Assembly: GCA_964016885.1 (NCBI GenBank)
Contig: OZ024759.1
Span: forward strand, 7,316,001-7,380,000
Source of the DNA: Eledone cirrhosa
Taxonomy: Eukaryota
Direction: 5' to 3'
DNA length: 64,000 nt
In this document: in pieces, positions 57,900 to 64,000 of the stretch
How positions within the stretch are numbered: position 1 is the first letter of the stretch
Layout: the number at the start of each line of letters is the position of its first letter
Position numbers and translations under genes: made by a program
The notes under the pieces: model-generated
What the model was told of the DNA's origin: nothing
Databases searched by the model: none
Seen by the model: only the letters and a program-made list of their open reading frames with translations

Positions 57900-59720
57900 G
57901 ACTGATATATGTTGTAAATACTGGCCTAGTAAATAATTACTGGTCCCCTCACTGATATATGTTGTTGTAAATACGGGCCTAGTAAATAATTACTGGTCCC
58001 CTCACTGATATATGTTGTAAATACTGGCCTAGTAAATAATTATAGCTCCCCTCACTGATATATGTTGTTGTAAATACTGGCCTAGTAAATAATTACAGCT
58101 CCCTTTACTGATATATGTTGTAAATACTGGCCTAGTAAATAATTACAGCTCCCCTTACTGATATATGTTGTTGTAAATACTGGCCTAGTAAATAATTACA
58201 GGTCCCCTCACTGATATATGTTGTAAATACTGGCCTAGTAAATAATTACTGCTCCCCTCACTGATATATGTTGTAAATACTGGCCTAGTAAATAATTACT
58301 GCTCTCCTCACTGATATATGTTGTTGTAAATACTGGCCTAGTAAATAATTACAGGTCCCCTCACTGATATATGTTGTAAATACTGGCCTAGTAAATAATT
58401 ACTGGTCCCCTCACTGATATATGTTGTTGTAAATACTGGCCTAATAAATAATTACAGCTCCCTTTACTGATATATGTTGTAAATACTGGCCTAGTAAATA
58501 ATTACAGCTCCCCTTACTGATATATGTTGTTGTAAATACTGGCCTAGTAAATAATTACAGGTGCCCTCACTGATATATGTTGTAAATACTGGCCTAGTAA
58601 ATAATTACTGCTCCCCTCACTGATATATGTTGTAAATACTGGCCTAGTAAATAATTACTGCTCCCCTCACTGATATATGTTGTTGTAAATACTGGCCTAG
58701 TAAATAATTACAGGTCCCCTCACTGATATATGTTGTAAATACTGGCCTAGTAAATAATTACTGGTCCTCTCACTGATATATGTTGTTGTAAATACTGGCC
58801 TAGTAAATAATTACAGGTCCCCTCACTGATATATGTTGTAAATACTGGCCTAGTAAATAATTACTGGTCCCCTCACTGATATATGTTGTTGTAAATACTG
58901 GCCTAGTAAATAATTACTACTCCCCTCACTGATATATGTTGTAAATACTGGCCTAGTAAATAATTACTGGTCCCCTTACTGATAAATACGGGCCTAGTAA
59001 ATAATTACTGGTCCCCTCACTGATATATGTTGTAAATACTGGCCTAGTAAATAATTAGTGGTCCCCTCACTGTTATATGTTGTTGTAAATACTGGCCTAG
59101 TAAATAATTACTGCTCCCCTCACTGATATATGTTGTTGTAAATACTGGCCTAGTAAATAATTACGGCTCCCCTCACTGATATATGTTGTAAATACTGGCC
59201 TAGTAAATAATTACAGGTCCCCTCACTGATATATGTTGTTGTAAATACTGGCCTAGTAAATAATTACTGCTCCCTTTACTGATATATGTTGTAAATACTG
59301 GCCTAGTAAATAATTACTGGTCCCCTCACTGATATATGTTGTTGTAAATACTGGCCTAGTAAATAATTACTGCTCCCTTTACTGATATATGTTGTAAATA
59401 CTGGCCTAGTAAATAATTACTGGTCCCCTCACTGATATATGTTGTTGTAAATACTGGCCTAGTAAATAATTACAGCTCCCCTCACTGATATGTTGTAAAT
59501 ACTGGCCTAGTAAATAATTACTGCTCCCCTCAATGATATATGTTGTAAATACTGGCCTAGTAAATAATTACTGCTCCCCTCACTGATATATGTTGTAAAT
59601 ACTGGCCTGGTAAATAATTACAGCTCCCCTCACTGATATATGTTGTAAATACTGGTCAAGTAAATAATTACTGGTCCCCTCACTGATATATGTTGTAAAT
59701 ACTGGCCTAGTAAATAATTA
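57900..59720. repeat. 50/53-bp satellite
   Basis: CTGATATATGTTG(TTG)TAAATACTGGCCTAGTAAATAATTACTGGTCCCCTCA in tandem. Confidence 0.96.
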
Positions 59721-59792
59721 GAAAAGTTGAACTACTTTTGATTATTTTAAAATGTTTTGTGAAAATGAAAGGCAGGGTGTTTCCCTGCGAAG

Positions 59793-60292
59793 TAGCATAG
59801 CCTAGTGGTTACTGTGTTTGACTTAGTCATTGGTTGTGAGTTTGATTCCTAGGCAGACTAATGCATGTCTGTATTGTACTCACAAAAGTTGAGGACTTGA
59901 TTCCTGCATTGGATGATGCATTGTGTTCTTGAACAAGATGCTTCAGTTCACAGATTTTCATGATAAGACTGGGGACCCATCATTAAAACACCTGATGTAT
60001 CTTCTAGATAGAAACTCATAAGGCATGATAACCTCTCTAGTGTTGGTTATTTACATGATAAACACACCCAGTACACTCTGTAAAGTGATTGGTGATAGGA
60101 AGGTTGTCCAGCTGTAGTAAACCTGCTAGATCGGCAGGATTCTTTGGTTGAATCAGAGACAACCTTTGTCGTGCTGGTTGTCTATACGATAAACACACCC
60201 GGTACACGCTGTAGCTCCACTTGAGTACTCACTCAGTCTGTGAAACCCTGTACGACCTTCGCGAGCAGGGAAGACGAACGTTAAATGATGAC
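59793..60292 (+). mobile_element. Old composite CORE-type SINE
   Basis: TAGCCTAGTGGTT A box, two B-box-like segments, TCTTGAACAAGATGCTT CORE remnant, RTE-like tail ending GAACGTTAAATGATGAC. Confidence 0.7.
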
Positions 60293-60597
60293 AATAATGA
60301 AGAATAGAGCAGTGTCTATGCTCATATCCAGGACCTCCAATACTAAAGCTAACCTCAAATGGTTTTTTTGCAGGGGTATCACAATAGGGTGCACAAAAGT
60401 CAGGGTAGAGGGCCTGGGTGTGGTGTTAAACAGGTACATGGGTTACATCTTCCAACCATGGAGGCCACAGCAAGATTTGAGAACAAATACTGCAGAGTAT
60501 CTTGTCCAACACTAACAATTCCACCAGTGTGGATTGTTGGTGTCACAGTCAGTTCTGCCATCAGACCAACCTTTCTCAAATCTGTCAGTCCTGTCTA

Positions 60598-62540
60598 CCA
60601 CCACCACCACAAACACTACCACTACTACTACTACTACTACTATTACTACTACCACCATCAACACACCACCACTACCACCACCACCACTACCACCACCATC
60701 ACTACACCACCACCACCACCACCACTACACCACCATCATCAACACCACCACTACCACTACACTACCACCACCACTACACCACTACCACTACACCACCATC
60801 ATCAACACCACCATCATCAACACTACCACTACACTACCACCACCACTACACCACCATCAACACCACCACCACCATCAACACCACCACAACCACTACAGCA
60901 CCACCACCACTACAGCACCACCACCACCACCACTACCACTACACTACCACCACTACCACTACACCACCACTACAACTACACCACCACCACCACTACACCA
61001 CCACCACCACCACCACCACCACCACCACCACCACCACCACCACCACTACCACCACACCACCACCACCACCACTACCACCACACCACAACCACTACACCAC
61101 CACCACCACCACTACACCACCACCACCACTACACCACCACCACCACACCACCACCACCACCACTACACCACCACCACCACACCTCCACCACTACCACTAC
61201 ACCACCACCACTACACCACCACACCTCCACCACTACCACTACACCACCACCACCACTACACCACCACTACACCACCACCACCACACCTCCACCACTACCA
61301 CTACACCACCACCACCACACCTCCACCACTACCACTACACCACCACCACCACCACACCTCCACCACTACCACTACACCACCACCACTACCACTACACCAC
61401 CACCACCACACCTCCACCACTACCACTACACCACCACCACTACACCACCACCTCCACTACACCACTACCACCACACCTCCACCACTACCACTACACCACC
61501 ACCACCACTACACCACCACCACACCTCCACCACTACCACTACACCACCACCACCACCACGCCACCACCACCACACCTCCACCACTACCACTACACCACCA
61601 CCACCACCACTACACCACCACCTCCACTACACCACCACCACCACACCTCCACCACTACCACTACACCACCACCACCACTACACCACCACCACACCTCCAC
61701 CACTACCACTACACCACCACCACTACCACTACACCACCACCACCACCACTACGCCACCACCACCACACCTCCACCACTACCACTACACCACCACCACCAC
61801 CACTACACCACCACCTCCACTACACCACCACCACCACACCTCCACCACTACCACTACACCACCACCACCACTACACCTCCACCACTACCACTACACCACC
61901 ACCACTACCACTACACCACCACCACCACACCTCCACCACTACCACTACACCACCACCACCACCACTACACCACCACCTCCACTACACCACCACCACCACT
62001 ACACCACCACCACTACCACTACACCACCACCACCACACCTCCACCACCACCACTACACCACCACCACCTCCACTACACCACCACCACCACCACACCACCA
62101 CTACCACTACACCACCACCACCACCACTACACCACCACCACCACACCTCCACCACCACCACTACACCACCACCACCTCCACTACACCACCACCACCTCCA
62201 CTACACCACCACTACCACTACACCACCACCACCACCACTACACCACCACCACCACACCTCCACCACCACCACTACACCACCACCACCTCCACTACACCAC
62301 CACCACCACCACACCACCACTACCACTACACCACCACCACCACCACTACACCACCACCACCACACCTCCACCACCACCACTACACCACCACCACCTCCAC
62401 TACACCACCACCACCACCACACCACCACTACCACTACACCACCTCCACTACACCACCACACCTCCACCACCACACCTCCACCACCACCACTACACCACCA
62501 CTATGCCACCACCATCACCAGTAATACTGCTACTACTACT
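60598..62540. repeat. (CAC)n/(CTA)-derived simple repeat
   Basis: Open in all three + frames only because of low complexity. Confidence 0.96.
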
Positions 62541-62589
62541 GCTCCGTGCCATGAAGGTGGTTGATGTGTAGTCAACCAAGAAAGTGGCA

Positions 62590-64000
62590 GTGGTGGTGCA
62601 CACTACTGCAGTCTGCTCTGCTGGTCGTGGTGCAGGTGCAGCTATGTGCAGTGCTGTTGATGGTGGTGCAGTCTGCTATGTGCAGTGCTGTTGATGGTGT
62701 TGGTGCAGATGCAGCTATGTGCAGTGCTGTTGATGGTGGTGGTGCAGTCTGTTATGTGCAGTGCTGTTGATGGTGGTGCAGTCTGCTATGTGCAGTGCTG
62801 TTGATGGTGGTGCAGTCTGTTATGTGCAGTACTGTTGATGGTGGTGGTGCAGTGTTATGTGCAGTACTGTTGATGGTGGTGGTGCAGTCTGTTATGTGCA
62901 GTACTGTTGATGGTGGTGGTGCAGTCTGCTATGTGCAGTGCTGTTGATGGTGGTAGTGCAGTCTGTTATGTGCAGTACTGTTTATGGTGGTGCAGTCTGT
63001 TATGTGCAGTGATGTTGATGGTGGTGGTGCAGTCTGCTATGTGCAGTACTGTTGATGGTGGTGGTGCAGTCTGTTATGTGCAGTACTGTTGATGGTGGTG
63101 GTGCAGTCTGCTATGTGCAGTACTGTTGATGGTGGTGGTGCAGTCTGCTATGTGCAGTGCTGTTGATGGTGGTGATGCAGTCTGCTATGTGCAGTGCTGT
63201 TGATGGTGGTGGTGCAGTCTGTTATGTGCAGTGCTGTTGATGGTGGTGATGCAGTCTGCTATGTGCAGTGCTGTTGATGGTGGTGATGCAGTCTGCTATG
63301 TGCAGTACTGTTGATGGTGGTGGTGCAGTCTGCTATGTGCAGTGCTGTTGATGGTGGTGGTGCAGTCTGTTATGTGCAGTGCTGTTGATGGTGGTGGTGC
63401 AGTCTGTTATGTGCTGTTGATGGTGGTGGTGCAGTCTGTTATGTGCAGTGATGGTGGTGGTGCAGTCTGTTATGTGCAGTGATGGTGGTGGTGCAGTCTG
63501 CTATGTGCAGTGCTGTTGATGGTGGTGATGCAGTCTGTTATGTGCAGTGATGTTGATGGTGGTGGTGCAGTCTGTTATGTGCAGTGCTGTTGATGGTGGT
63601 GGTGCAGTCTGTTATGTGCAGTGATGTTGATGGTGGTGGTGCAGTCTGTTATGTGCAGTGCTGTTGATGGTGGTGGTGCAGTCTGCTATGTGCAGTGATG
63701 TTGATGGTGGTGGTGCAGTCTGTTATGTGCAGTGATGGTGGTGGTGCAGTCTGTTATGTGCAGTGCTGTTGATGGTGGTGGTGCAGTCTGCTATGTGCAG
63801 TACTGTTTATGGTGGTGCAGTCTGTTATGTGCAGTGATGTTGATGGTGGTGGTGCAGTCTGCTATGTGCAGTGCTGTTTATGGTGGTGGTGCAGTCTGCT
63901 ATGTGCAGTACTGTTTATGGTGGTGCAGTCTGTTATGTGCAGTGATGTTGATGGTGGTGGTGCAGTCTGCTATGTGCAGTGCTGTTTATGGTGGTGGTGC
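62590..64000. repeat. 34-37-bp minisatellite GTGCAGTCTG(C/T)TATGTGCAGT(G/A)CTGTTGATGGTGGTG
   Basis: Direct reading; runs off the window end. Confidence 0.96.

Noticed and set aside
60359-62571. Three overlapping ~700-aa Pro/His/Thr ORFs (extensin/mucin-like)
   Set aside because: (CAC)n repeat open in all frames; no frame-preserving pattern.

Overview
Repeat-saturated, AT-rich animal genomic DNA. The combination of tRNA/CORE-type SINEs, RTE LINEs and massive (TA)n tracts resembles a coleoid cephalopod such as octopus (inference only). The window is probably mostly one long intron: candidate short + strand exons at 1194-1219 and 47695-47770 are phase-compatible. It holds two near-identical, apparently intact RTE-clade LINEs in inverted orientation (30575-34245 +, 36678-40504 -), each with APE endonuclease, RT and an internal PHD-like finger. 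It also holds many truncated RTE copies of several subfamilies, two decayed CR1-group LINE fragments, seven CORE-type SINEs, a bipartite non-autonomous RTE and about a dozen satellites. Nearly all long ORFs in the track are translations of simple repeats. The main hidden signal lies in the short unique islands between (TA)n tracts. These are fold-back or tandem non-coding elements from at least seven unrelated families, each carrying a minimal type-I hammerhead ribozyme core (CUGANGA...GAAA) with covarying stems and a palindromic helix III. Several also share a 3' tail stem. They are best explained as a (TA)n-targeting population of non-autonomous Penelope-like/retrozyme elements, with unusual core variants (U3-A8; bulged helix I). 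Ribozyme activity is predicted from sequence, not demonstrated, and no Penelope ORF is present in the window.
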